DNA of 64,000 nucleotides from a virus (IMGVR_UViG_3300017707_000735:12322-76321), one strand, 5' to 3'; counted from the stretch's first letter, positions 8,602 through 18,948 are shown. Made by a program: numbers and translations. The notes: a model not told the origin generated them from the sequence alone.

Positions 8602-10266
8602 ATGAGACCGTTAAATTTAGATAACTCACCATGTACACCAATTGCAAGTAATTGCGTGATTTGGACTGGACCAAGTATTTCATGTATCAAACTATGTACA
8701 GGTGACACAGTCTCTGATGTAGTATTTAAACTTGCTACAGAATTATGTACACTGCTTGATCAAACAAATGTTACAACATATGACTTAGCTTGCTTTAATC
8801 TAGCAGCATGTCCTCCAACTACATTTGATCAGTTGATTCAACTATTGATTGATAAGATCTGTGCATTAGAAAATATTACACCTACAACCACAACTACAAC
8901 AACTACAAGTACAACTTCCCCAGGCAAAAGCACAACAGCCAGCGCACTTGTATCTGATTACTTGCTTACGGCAGCACCTTGTCTGGGTGGTGGTACTGTT
9001 GGATTGGTTGACTATGTGAATATGATTGCTGCAAAGATCTGTGACATTGTTACTCAGATCACAATCATCAATGCGGAGATTAACTCATTAGACATTAGAG
9101 TTACTGCACTTGAGACAGCACCAATTCCAGTATTCACATTACCTACATTCACAATTCAATGTGCAATCAGTACATTGCCGGCATTATCTGTACAGGCAAT
9201 AGATACTGTATTAGAAGCATTCATTAATGATGAGTGGTGTCCTTACAAAGTAGCATTGGGAACATATAGTGATTTGTCTACTGCAGTTAGTTCACAGTGT
9301 GTATCAGGATTAGATACAGCTTTGGTAACACAGTACACTACGTCAACTATTATGCAGGTGTACTATCCAAGTTATGTAGGAACACCTACTACAGTAGCAG
9401 AAGCATTATCCAATCTATGGATTGCATTATGTGATGTAAGAAATGCAGGTAAAGCAGAAACAACAGTTACGGCAGGAGATAATGTTACAGTAACTCCTAC
9501 AGTAACAGTAGTAGGAAACAACCAAATAACAGATTACCTAATTGATGCAAAAGATACAGTAGTTGCGGCAGGAAATAATATCACTATTACACCAGCTGGA
9601 CCAGTTGCAGGAGTGACTACTTATACAGTAAATGGACTTAGCTCAGTAGTAACTGGAGCTGATGACATTGTTGTTACACCAACAGGACCAGTAGCGGGAG
9701 TTACAACTTATGCAATCTCAAGACCTAAACAAAACTTCTTTAATCAAGTAGTAGGGTGGGCTGATGTACAATTTGATCCAGGACCAGCAACTTACCATTT
9801 TCCATTAGGTTATTCAGGGTTAACTTATACAAATGCTACTGGAGCAACTAAGACGTTTGCGGTTCATGTAAGTTATGATACAAGTTTAACAGGTCCCGGT
9901 ACAGCATTAAATAATAACATTAACTTGATTAACTGGTTAGATGGTGCTATCATTAAAACTGTTGTCGGTGTTGATACTGTACAGTATGAAAGCTTTGCCG
10001 GAAGATTAGATATCAGTGGTTCATTATTTAATGGAATACTAGCAACAGACATTGTAAACTTGACTAGTACAGAAACTGTAGTAACTACACCTGGTGTTGA
10101 TCCAGTTGAGTTTAGATTTTTGAATGGTGAGATACAAAGAAACATTGCTTTTTTCTCTATGGTAACTTTGAATAATGGAGAATCAGTTAGTCTTAAGTTT
10201 AAGGCAAAGGATGCGCTGACACCGGCACTCCTTGGTAGAGCTCAGATTCTTGTAACAGAATTATAA
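8602..10266 (+). CDS. Tail fibre-like protein
   Basis: 554 aa. Cys-rich N-terminal attachment domain (CTPIASNCVIWTG), poly-Thr linker, coiled coil (EINSLDIRVTALET), AGxN(V/I)TxTP..VTTY repeats and a C-terminal beta-sandwich. Confidence 0.65.
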   Translation: MRPLNLDNSPCTPIASNCVIWTGPSISCIKLCTGDTVSDVVFKLATELCTLLDQTNVTTYDLACFNLAACPPTTFDQLIQLLIDKICALENITPTTTTTTTTSTTSPGKSTTASALVSDYLLTAAPCLGGGTVGLVDYVNMIAAKICDIVTQITIINAEINSLDIRVTALETAPIPVFTLPTFTIQCAISTLPALSVQAIDTVLEAFINDEWCPYKVALGTYSDLSTAVSSQCVSGLDTALVTQYTTSTIMQVYYPSYVGTPTTVAEALSNLWIALCDVRNAGKAETTVTAGDNVTVTPTVTVVGNNQITDYLIDAKDTVVAAGNNITITPAGPVAGVTTYTVNGLSSVVTGADDIVVTPTGPVAGVTTYAISRPKQNFFNQVVGWADVQFDPGPATYHFPLGYSGLTYTNATGATKTFAVHVSYDTSLTGPGTALNNNINLINWLDGAIIKTVVGVDTVQYESFAGRLDISGSLFNGILATDIVNLTSTETVVTTPGVDPVEFRFLNGEIQRNIAFFSMVTLNNGESVSLKFKAKDALTPALLGRAQILVTEL

Positions 10267-10276
10267 TATTTAAAAG

Positions 10277-10942
10277 ATGGCAAATAATTGTACAAACTGT
10301 GGATGCAGTAAAATAAGCTGTGGATGTGGAGATTCATTTCTTACCACTCCACCACCATGTCCTACACCAGTAGACTGCCCAACAGCACAACCATGCTCTG
10401 AAGTATTTGATGCGCAGTGTGTAGTATATACAGGACTTGACATAGAATGTGGAACAGATGTGGTTGTTGCTACAAATGATTCAGTAGCCGATGCTTTACA
10501 AAATGTAGTAGATTACTTCTGTACAAAACCAGAATCTGATATTACAATTGTTGAGGCTGGAGATAATGTAAGCGTAGATGTGGTTACTGTAGGTAACACA
10601 ACTACTTACACGGTCAATGCAATTATTCCATGTCCAATGGATGTGACTATTGTAGATAGTATAGTTATACCTAGAGGTTACTTTGCTGATGTAACAGGAG
10701 GTACCGCTCCATACACTTATCAATGGACTCTTGCTGATAATAGAGGCTTGATCTTATTTACAACAGCAACAAACCAGGCTGATGTAAATATAGGTGTAGA
10801 CAATACCGACCCATGTAGATTTGACACAGGTGGTTTTACAAATAGAGGTAGCATAGGAATGTTTAAAGTAACCGTAACGGATGCCAACGGTTGTATTGCT
10901 AAAGACACATTTATGTGGATAGACTATAATTGTGGTATGTAA
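10277..10942 (+). CDS. Short fibre-like protein with an SprB/PKD-like Ig domain
   Basis: Cys-rich N-terminus paralogous to the 8602 protein (DAQCVVYTG), one AGDNVSV..TTTYTVN repeat, then VTGGTAPYTYQW...VTVTDANGC, typical of SprB/PKD repeats. Confidence 0.7.
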   Translation: MANNCTNCGCSKISCGCGDSFLTTPPPCPTPVDCPTAQPCSEVFDAQCVVYTGLDIECGTDVVVATNDSVADALQNVVDYFCTKPESDITIVEAGDNVSVDVVTVGNTTTYTVNAIIPCPMDVTIVDSIVIPRGYFADVTGGTAPYTYQWTLADNRGLILFTTATNQADVNIGVDNTDPCRFDTGGFTNRGSIGMFKVTVTDANGCIAKDTFMWIDYNCGM

Positions 10943-10983
10943 AATATGTCGCAGGTTGTTGGTTTCTGTGGCTGACAAGTGGA

Positions 10984-11013
10984 GACCCCGGGCAAATGAG
11001 CCTGGGGTTTTCT
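10984..11013 (+). terminator. Intrinsic terminator
   Basis: GACCCCGGGC-AAATGA-GCCTGGGGTT (G-U pairs included) followed by TTCT and a T-rich tract. Confidence 0.75.
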
Positions 11014-11025
11014 ATATTTAGTATA

Positions 11026-11058
11026 TTTGCTTAACTTGATTATTTTTCGTATATTAAA
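11026..11058 (+). promoter_or_regulatory. Putative promoter TTTG-N20-TATATTAAA
   Basis: TTTG 11026-11029, 20-nt spacer, TATATTA from 11050, upstream of ATG 11069. Confidence 0.6.
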
Positions 11059-11068
11059 TAAGTATAGC

Positions 11069-11653
11069 ATGGCTACAGAATTTAGAGTACCAGATGTTAA
11101 AGCCCCACGGTTTAGACAGACAGCAGTGAACATAATAGACACGGAGTTCATTGCAAGATTTTACGAGAAGCACCCTAAGCATAAGAACTTGAGTGCATCT
11201 CAAATTAGAAAGATTATCAAGAGCTTCAATGAAGCGCTTTGGGAAGCAGTCTTAGAGAACCGAGATGGTGTAAGACTACCTGAAGCATTGGGCAGTCTTT
11301 TTATTGGAACATGTAAAGGAACCAATGGGAGAAACATAGACTACGCCAAGTCAAAGAAGTATGGTGTGGTTGTGAGTAATAACAACTGGGAGACTGATGG
11401 AAAGCTAGCCAAGATATTCTATACAAGTTACTCAAGCAAATATAAGTTTGCCTTCAGAGAATGTTGGAGCTTTACTGCCTGTAGAAACTTTAAGAGAGGA
11501 GTTGCTAAAGCTTACCCTGAGAACTGGAACATGTATGTCCAGGTAGATTCTACAAAAAAACTCAGAAGCTTGTACAATGTAGCAATGACAAAAGAAAAGA
11601 AGATAAGAGAGCAAAATGCTCAATTGAAAACATATAATGAATTTGATCTATGA
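11069..11653 (+). CDS. IHF/HU-like DNA-binding protein
   Basis: ATG 11069 preferred over TTG 11027. LSASQIRKIIKSFNEALWEAVLE..GVRLPEALGSLFI fits the HU/IHF helix-helix-strand pattern. IHF-like genes are known in crAss-like structural modules. Confidence 0.7.
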   Translation: MATEFRVPDVKAPRFRQTAVNIIDTEFIARFYEKHPKHKNLSASQIRKIIKSFNEALWEAVLENRDGVRLPEALGSLFIGTCKGTNGRNIDYAKSKKYGVVVSNNNWETDGKLAKIFYTSYSSKYKFAFRECWSFTACRNFKRGVAKAYPENWNMYVQVDSTKKLRSLYNVAMTKEKKIREQNAQLKTYNEFDL

Positions 11654-12321
11654 CAACTGTTGGGGAAGCAATAACAAGAGTTAGAGCTGCGTTAAAGGCA
11701 GTGAAGGAAGATCCGTTCTTAACTGATAGAAACATATACTATGCAATAAGCAAGTATGGGAAGACATTACTTAAGAGAGAGGACAACCAATACAGATTGA
11801 TGAAGATTAGTTCACTCTTCACAGTGCTTCCTTATGTAGAACTTATTGACATTGACAAAGTAGAAGCAGGATGTACTGGAGTTTACTCTGGTTGTTATTT
11901 CAAAAGAAGCAAGGATAAGTTACCAAAACTGTTTGAAGGTGCAATAGGACCAGTGATCCGTTTGGCTAGTTCAATTGATGGATCTATCCAGTTGTTCAAA
12001 ACTGAAAGACCTACTTTTGCTTCTATGGCAAAGACAACTACATTCAAGTATAATAAAAGACCTTACTTCTGGTATCTTGACGGTTACATCTATGTGCCTA
12101 ATGTAGAGTGGGACGCAATTAGACTAGAAGGAATTTTTGAAGGAGACACATCTGATTTCTTGTGTCCGTCAGATCAATCTTGTACATTGAAGCAAGACCA
12201 GCAATTGCCATTTCCTGATTACTTGTTTTCAGAAATTGAGCAGTATGTAATTAAAGAATTTTCAATTACTATGCAGATTCCAGTTGATGGTTCTGATGAT
12301 AGTCAAAACGTACTTAGATAA
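11650..12321 (+). CDS. Tail ring protein 2-like
   Basis: 223 aa. MTTVGEAITRVR..LTDRNIY N-terminus, YFWYLDGYIYVPN, C-terminal PFPDYL..IE. ATGA overlap with the upstream gene. Confidence 0.65.
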   Translation: MTTVGEAITRVRAALKAVKEDPFLTDRNIYYAISKYGKTLLKREDNQYRLMKISSLFTVLPYVELIDIDKVEAGCTGVYSGCYFKRSKDKLPKLFEGAIGPVIRLASSIDGSIQLFKTERPTFASMAKTTTFKYNKRPYFWYLDGYIYVPNVEWDAIRLEGIFEGDTSDFLCPSDQSCTLKQDQQLPFPDYLFSEIEQYVIKEFSITMQIPVDGSDDSQNVLR

Positions 12322-13361
12322 TGGACTTCAACTACACATTAAAATACAGAACATTTGATGAGTTACTCAATGATGTTCTTGTAGACTTCCAGGTATTCTC
12401 ACTTGAGAATATGATTGATCCACAAACTCTAATCAAAGTAGCTAGAAGGCTTAACTATGATTTGGGTCTGAGAATTAATCAAACCAAGGAAGTGATATTG
12501 GAAGTAGAACACAATAAGGTAAAGCTACCAGATGACTTCTATGTTTTCAATTACGCACTAGTGTGTGGTGAATACTCTGTAGCCGTAGGTAATGACATGG
12601 GTGGTACTCACATTGAAGAAGTACCCTATGTAGAAACACCTTCTACAGTTGACTTTTGTGCAGCACCTACAGTAAACTGTTCCACATGTAATGCAAATCC
12701 ATGTAATAATACAGCAGCATGCGTAGGTTCTGTAAGACCACCAGAGAATTATATCCCTGGACAGTATGATCCTAATAACCCTTATGGTGATACATGTATA
12801 AGACCACGCGTGTTTATGAACTGTAAGGGAGATAAGTATGAGTTAGTCCAGATTATAAAACCTGGAGTGACTCGTACATTTAGAGTACTCATTCCGTTGA
12901 GAATGAAGCCTAGTCAAAATATAGATTGCCAATGTCCTAACCTGTATTGGAATTCTCCTAATGAGGGTTGGATTAAAAATGGTTTTCTACATACAACATT
13001 TGATTGTGGTAAAGTATATCTAAACTACCAAGGGGAACTAGAAGATGAAGATGGTAACATGATGGTACCTGATCATGCTTTGCTTAATGACTACTATGAG
13101 TATGCATTAAAACAAAGAATTCTAGAGAATCTATTTATGAATGGTGAAGATGTAAGTCAAAGAATACAGCTTATTGAACCAAGAACAAAAGCTGCTAGAA
13201 ACCAAGCTTTAGGTTTTGTGAATACACCAAACTTTGAAGAGATGAAGAAACTCTGGTGGGCTAATAGAGTTGCTCAATATGGTAAGTACTATAACATGTT
13301 TAAGAGCTACCCTATTGACCCAGCTTACTTCAGATATTATACAGGATCAAGAGTAATATGA
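12321..13361 (+). CDS. Tail ring protein 3-like, with a Cys-rich insertion
   Basis: 346 aa. KVKLPDDF motif, YLNYQG..DEDGN.MVPD and YYEYALKQRILE. TAATG coupling. Confidence 0.65.
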   Translation: MDFNYTLKYRTFDELLNDVLVDFQVFSLENMIDPQTLIKVARRLNYDLGLRINQTKEVILEVEHNKVKLPDDFYVFNYALVCGEYSVAVGNDMGGTHIEEVPYVETPSTVDFCAAPTVNCSTCNANPCNNTAACVGSVRPPENYIPGQYDPNNPYGDTCIRPRVFMNCKGDKYELVQIIKPGVTRTFRVLIPLRMKPSQNIDCQCPNLYWNSPNEGWIKNGFLHTTFDCGKVYLNYQGELEDEDGNMMVPDHALLNDYYEYALKQRILENLFMNGEDVSQRIQLIEPRTKAARNQALGFVNTPNFEEMKKLWWANRVAQYGKYYNMFKSYPIDPAYFRYYTGSRVI

Positions 13362-13362
13362 T

Positions 13363-16300
13363 ATGGCTAAAGAATCACAAGGTATTGATCAAAATCAATT
13401 AAACACTTTCATCAAAGGTCTTAATAAGGACCTTGATCCGTCATTTGTATCTGAAGGTATGTGGACGCATGCGCGTAATGCTACTAACAATACAAGAGAA
13501 GGAGATGCAGGAAGCTTATCCAATGAGCCTTCTAACATCTACTGTGGACAAGTTGCTGCTGATATTACAGGATCAAAATTTATTATTGGTGCTATACATT
13601 TGTTTAGTGACAAGTGGATTCTCTTTACAGCAGTACATCTGAATGACACATCTAACACAGTGGTGGGTTGTGAGATTGGATTGTATGAAGAAGAACTTTG
13701 TAAGTACAGACCTATTGTTCAAGACAACTGTCTCAAGTTCAGTAAATGGAATTTGATTACAGGAGCAGCAAGAAAAGTTAATGATTGCTCTTGGCAAGTA
13801 TACTTTGCTGACTCTAATAATCCAGATAGAGTAATTAATGTGGGAGATCCAAACACTTGGCCGCCAGAAGGGTATCAGTGGATGGGTAATAATCAATACT
13901 CTAATGGACCAAATACAATTCAATGGCCAGGTGTAGCATGGAAACAATTGTGTCATACTGATGAGGGATGTCAACAAACTGAACCTGGAGTATGGCCAGC
14001 TGGTTGTCCAGGAGTTAATGCATGTATCTCTTGCGATGACTATCCTGAACTAGACTGTGATCAATTAAGATTAGCAAGACTTGTGCAGACACCCTGCATA
14101 CATGTATCTCCAGGTAAAGCTGGTGGGAATCTTAGAAATGGTTCTTACATGGCATTGGTAGCATATTCAATTGAAGGTGTGAAAGTTACTGACTGGTATT
14201 CACCAAGTAATGTTCAACCTATTTGGTATACTAATGAAACTTCAGGAGCTTTAGAAATTGATCTTACAGTAGACCAAGATAACTTTGATGAGTTCATACT
14301 AGTTATTGTAGCTACAGTAAATCAAGCTGCTGTTGCAAAACAAGTTGGTATTTATTCAACAAGTACAAACAAGATCTACATTGATCAGATTAAAGAAGAT
14401 ATTCCGGCATATCCACTAGAGCAATTGCCTTTACAGAATCCGGTGTATGAAACATCAGATCAGATTGTAGAGGTAAACAATTACTTGTTGAGAGTTGGAC
14501 CAACTACTAAGTTTGATTTTAACTACCAGCCATTAGCTAATCTTATTCAGACTAACTGGGTATCTGTAGAATATCCTTCTGACTATTATACTAAAGGAGG
14601 TTACAAACCAAGTTACTTAAGAGATGAAGTATATACTTTCTTTATTAGATGGATATACAATACAGGTGATAAATCTGCAGCATATCATATTCCAGGAAGA
14701 CCAGCTAAGAGTGATTTTGTTGAACCATGTACTCTACAAGAATTAGCTGAAACAGATATTGCTGTAGGTCCAAATACATTATTTGATCCTGAGAGAATCT
14801 TTGAAGTATACAATACTGCAACAGTTACAGAAACTCCTACTAACGAAGTACTCCCTGATGGGGGTGTAGTGGTGGCAAGAGGTGAAATGGCATATTGGGA
14901 ATCTACCGAGAGATATCCAGACAAACAACCGGAGATATGGAATCCTACCGCACACTGTTGGACAAATGAAACAACAGGTATGTATGATCTATGTGGTAAA
15001 CCAATCAGACATCATAAGTTTCCAGATACAGGTGTAGGGAATACAGGACAGGCATCTTTACTATCTCACTTTAGAAAAAACACAACCAACGGAGACACCT
15101 ATATCAGAATACTAGGTGTAGAGTTTGGCAATATTATTTACCCAAAAGATAATAACGGTCAAGACATACCAGGTATAGTAGGTTATGAAATCTTAAGAGG
15201 TTCAAGAGAAGGTAATAAGTCTATTGTTGCTAAGGGTATGTTGAATAACATGCGTCCTTATAACATCAATGGACAGCAGACAGATAATCCAAACAGAAGA
15301 AGAGGTCTATATCCTAACCATCCATTTAATACAATCAAACCTGCTAACCCGCAGAATAGCCAGCAGTATGGTGTATTAAACCCAGGTAACCAGATCAATG
15401 ACCCTTATATTAAAGTTATTGATGAGGAAGGTGAAAGACAGAATGTAAATTTAGGTGACATGCCTAAAAACATCATGACTTTCCATTCACCAGATACTAA
15501 CTTTAAAAACCCATACATATCAACACCAGAGTTGAAGATCTACGGTAATCTCCGTGGTGTAGCTACTAACAACTTTGTGGAACCGGAGAAACATCCACAA
15601 CACAAACTGATTAGTAACCAAGCAGCCTACACAGCATTCCAAGGTGGTGCTGTTGAAGCTATCATATCTCAAATTGGTAAACAAAGTACTAGAACTTCAG
15701 GTGCTGGTTACACAAGAAAGTTTGGACCAGACTATACACAAGAAGAAATTGGTGGAGGTAGTGGTGACATGAATTTCAATTTCTTTGGTGCTTGGTCTCC
15801 TGTGTTTGGTTCTCAAACAGGAAGTGGTAGCGGTAACTGGACAGACTTAGAAGGCAATGATGGAAATACAGAAGAAGATGAGTACACAGAGAATGGTGAA
15901 GATACGGATCCTGACGGTGCACAGAATACAGGCGACTTTATAGATGGGCCACTAGCTGACTTTAATAATGATTTTACAGCATGGAGTGGTTTTAATGAAG
16001 CATGGGGCAACGGTGACTCACTAGCTGATATCTATGACAGATTTAACAATGAGGGTGGATTCTTCCGTGGTGGTTATTATACAGCACCATCTGGTGATAT
16101 GGAGTTATCAAAATTCCAGTACTTCAAAGATTCACCTTTACAAACTGCATTATCTTTAGTAGGTGTATTAAATCCATTGTTGTACTATTTCTCTGAAGGA
16201 GCTACAATCACATTAGATATAATCTATGCGTTGTTACCATTTAGACAATACGCTTTGCAATTGCAAGCACATGGTTTCTATGATGTGTTTGTTGGGCAGG

Positions 16301-18948
16301 CATGTAACACAGACTTTAGATTTAAGATTGAAGATTCTTTTTACTTGAAAGATTCAGTTCAGGATGCTAAGCCTTACTTTGATGGAGAGCAAAAATTCTA
16401 CAGAATTAATAACCTCAAGAGACAAACAACTTTTGTTGTTAGAACTGTAGATGGGGATGGAAATAATACCGGACCTGATTATATTACAGATACAACATCT
16501 ATTACTGGTTATGCTGATACATCTCTAGTAACCGTAGGAACGGCAATTAATAATCAGTTGGCACCAGCACCGTCCGCGGCTGTGCCAGGTAACTTGTTTA
16601 AGAATGATCATAACAATGATACTTTTAATACAGCTATAGCAAGTCACTATGCTGGATTAAAATACAGAATTGTAAATCAGTATGGTCAGCTGGATTCAAT
16701 CAAACTGATTCCAATCACACCATGTGAACAGACTATTGGGGACATAGATGAAACTATAACAAGTACATTCTGTACAGGGTACACTGAATACAATGTACCT
16801 TACCTCTATCAGTTAAAGCAAAAAGTGCTGCCTAAGACAATATCATTGTTTAATGGAGATACATATATCAATAGATACACAGAAAAGAATAGTATGTTCT
16901 TCTTCTATGATTGGTTGTATGATCAGCCTGATGGTATTGAGTATAATTACTTTAACCGTCAAATGTTGCCTGAGCCAAGATTCTGGATGAACTCAGCAAG
17001 ATATGAGGTGAGTACTTTGTTTACAGATCCATCAACTTGGTTTACTAACCTTAACGGTATCATGCCAGGTACAGGAGTATTACCAAGAGGATTCTATAAT
17101 CTAGACCATGGACCACCAACAGCAACTGCATGGTTAAGCTTCTTGTTCCCACAAGGATATAATTATTCTAATGACAACTCTGGAGATACACCAGGTATAT
17201 TTGGAGTAAAAGATTCTTACTTCTATTTAGCTACATCAGCTATTAGAGACTTCTTTGTGGAGAGTGATGTTATAGTAGACTTTAGAATTGCCGGGGATGA
17301 ACAGTGGCAGAAGTTTTACAATCCTTATGAGTATACGGATCTAGGTAGTTTATTTAACATGAATCCTGATATTATTCAGAGAGGTAACTACTACAGATAT
17401 GATTACTCATTGAGTATCTCAAAACTATTTACTCAGTACTTTAGTCAGGGTAACTTACAGTCAAGATACTACAGTCCTTCTGTAGCTAAGCTTTGCTATA
17501 CGTATTATCCAAACAGGATCTTGTATTCTTTACCACAGAATGATGAGTCATCCATTGATTCATGGTCTTTATTCTTGACTAACAATTACAAAGACTTTGT
17601 TGATAATATATCTGGAGTTAAGAACTTTGCTAAGACGGGTATTTTTATAACATTTAAAAACTCAAGCCCTTTAGCTTTCCAAGGAATAGATCAAATTGAG
17701 ACAACTTCAGGAACTAAAGTTACTTTAGGAGATGGTGGTTTGTTTGCACAAACACCACAAGCTATTGTTATTGCTGATAAGCCATATGAGTATGGTTCAT
17801 CACAAAGTAGTAGAAGTGTTATGTCAACACCGGCAGGCTTGTTCTATGTATCTCAAAACCAAGGAAAGATCTTTACTTATGCTGACGGTCTTACAGAGAT
17901 ATCACAGCAGGGTCTTAAATGGTGGTTCAGTATATTCTTGCCATACAAGATTCTAGAAGACTTCCCAGACTATCCGCATATTGACAACCCGGTAGCGGCA
18001 GTAGGATGCCAGTCTATCTATGACAATCAGAACTCTATCATATACTTCTCTAAAAAGGACTATAAGCTTAAAGAAGAGTTTCAAGGAAGAATCTATTATG
18101 ATGCTGTAACTAATGTATTTAGATTAGATAAGGCACAAGTATACTTAGGTGACCCTAACTTCTTTGATGATGCTTCTTGGACTATCAGTTATGATCCTAA
18201 GTCACAGTTCTTTATTTCATTCCATGACTGGCACCCAGATATGGTGATCCCTAATAAGATTACTTTCCTGAGTACAAAGTTTGGTACACTGTGGAAACAC
18301 AATACTTCATGTTCATCTTACTGTACTTTCTATGGGGAAGATAAACCATTTGAGGTAGAGTTCCCTATTGTCAGTGGACAGACTGTGGTAACGAAAAGAA
18401 GTACAGAGTATATTCTAGAATGTTATAGACGTTCTGACTATAACTGTGTTGATCAGTTCCAAGTATTGGATTACAACTTTGACCAGGCTGTAGTGTTTAA
18501 TGCAGAGCAGGTTTCCGGGTATCTGAATCTAAACATATTCCCAAAGAATAACGTCACACTTAGCTTACAGTATCCACAGGTAAATCTAAACTCTATTGAC
18601 ATCTTATTCTCTAAAGAAGAGAATAAATATAGATTCAATCAGTTCTGGGATATTACAAAAGACCGTGGTGAGTTCCCTATTGGTTCTAACTATCCACCAA
18701 CTGGGCCGGTGGTACCAGGAACAACTGTATTGCAAGGACCATATGCTCAAGAGTTCTTATGGTTAACTGAACCTAATGGTTATATCAAATCATTAAACCC
18801 AGCAAATCTGGACTACCAGAAGCCTGAGCTGCAAAGAAAAAAATTCAGACATTATTTAAATTTCTTAAATTTATCCAAGTCTGTCTCAGGTAATACTAAC
18901 ATGGTACTCAAGATAGTAAACAGTAAGAATATAATTTCTCCAAGATAA
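13363..18948 (+). CDS. Muzzle / tail stabilisation protein (P22 gp10-like)
   Basis: 1861 aa. N-terminal FIKGLNKD..W..ARN motif, YxRDEVYxF, GYEILRG, WTISY..SFHDW.P and C-terminal NKFR-like motifs typical of crAss-like stabilisers. Confidence 0.8.
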   Translation: MAKESQGIDQNQLNTFIKGLNKDLDPSFVSEGMWTHARNATNNTREGDAGSLSNEPSNIYCGQVAADITGSKFIIGAIHLFSDKWILFTAVHLNDTSNTVVGCEIGLYEEELCKYRPIVQDNCLKFSKWNLITGAARKVNDCSWQVYFADSNNPDRVINVGDPNTWPPEGYQWMGNNQYSNGPNTIQWPGVAWKQLCHTDEGCQQTEPGVWPAGCPGVNACISCDDYPELDCDQLRLARLVQTPCIHVSPGKAGGNLRNGSYMALVAYSIEGVKVTDWYSPSNVQPIWYTNETSGALEIDLTVDQDNFDEFILVIVATVNQAAVAKQVGIYSTSTNKIYIDQIKEDIPAYPLEQLPLQNPVYETSDQIVEVNNYLLRVGPTTKFDFNYQPLANLIQTNWVSVEYPSDYYTKGGYKPSYLRDEVYTFFIRWIYNTGDKSAAYHIPGRPAKSDFVEPCTLQELAETDIAVGPNTLFDPERIFEVYNTATVTETPTNEVLPDGGVVVARGEMAYWESTERYPDKQPEIWNPTAHCWTNETTGMYDLCGKPIRHHKFPDTGVGNTGQASLLSHFRKNTTNGDTYIRILGVEFGNIIYPKDNNGQDIPGIVGYEILRGSREGNKSIVAKGMLNNMRPYNINGQQTDNPNRRRGLYPNHPFNTIKPANPQNSQQYGVLNPGNQINDPYIKVIDEEGERQNVNLGDMPKNIMTFHSPDTNFKNPYISTPELKIYGNLRGVATNNFVEPEKHPQHKLISNQAAYTAFQGGAVEAIISQIGKQSTRTSGAGYTRKFGPDYTQEEIGGGSGDMNFNFFGAWSPVFGSQTGSGSGNWTDLEGNDGNTEEDEYTENGEDTDPDGAQNTGDFIDGPLADFNNDFTAWSGFNEAWGNGDSLADIYDRFNNEGGFFRGGYYTAPSGDMELSKFQYFKDSPLQTALSLVGVLNPLLYYFSEGATITLDIIYALLPFRQYALQLQAHGFYDVFVGQACNTDFRFKIEDSFYLKDSVQDAKPYFDGEQKFYRINNLKRQTTFVVRTVDGDGNNTGPDYITDTTSITGYADTSLVTVGTAINNQLAPAPSAAVPGNLFKNDHNNDTFNTAIASHYAGLKYRIVNQYGQLDSIKLIPITPCEQTIGDIDETITSTFCTGYTEYNVPYLYQLKQKVLPKTISLFNGDTYINRYTEKNSMFFFYDWLYDQPDGIEYNYFNRQMLPEPRFWMNSARYEVSTLFTDPSTWFTNLNGIMPGTGVLPRGFYNLDHGPPTATAWLSFLFPQGYNYSNDNSGDTPGIFGVKDSYFYLATSAIRDFFVESDVIVDFRIAGDEQWQKFYNPYEYTDLGSLFNMNPDIIQRGNYYRYDYSLSISKLFTQYFSQGNLQSRYYSPSVAKLCYTYYPNRILYSLPQNDESSIDSWSLFLTNNYKDFVDNISGVKNFAKTGIFITFKNSSPLAFQGIDQIETTSGTKVTLGDGGLFAQTPQAIVIADKPYEYGSSQSSRSVMSTPAGLFYVSQNQGKIFTYADGLTEISQQGLKWWFSIFLPYKILEDFPDYPHIDNPVAAVGCQSIYDNQNSIIYFSKKDYKLKEEFQGRIYYDAVTNVFRLDKAQVYLGDPNFFDDASWTISYDPKSQFFISFHDWHPDMVIPNKITFLSTKFGTLWKHNTSCSSYCTFYGEDKPFEVEFPIVSGQTVVTKRSTEYILECYRRSDYNCVDQFQVLDYNFDQAVVFNAEQVSGYLNLNIFPKNNVTLSLQYPQVNLNSIDILFSKEENKYRFNQFWDITKDRGEFPIGSNYPPTGPVVPGTTVLQGPYAQEFLWLTEPNGYIKSLNPANLDYQKPELQRKKFRHYLNFLNLSKSVSGNTNMVLKIVNSKNIISPR

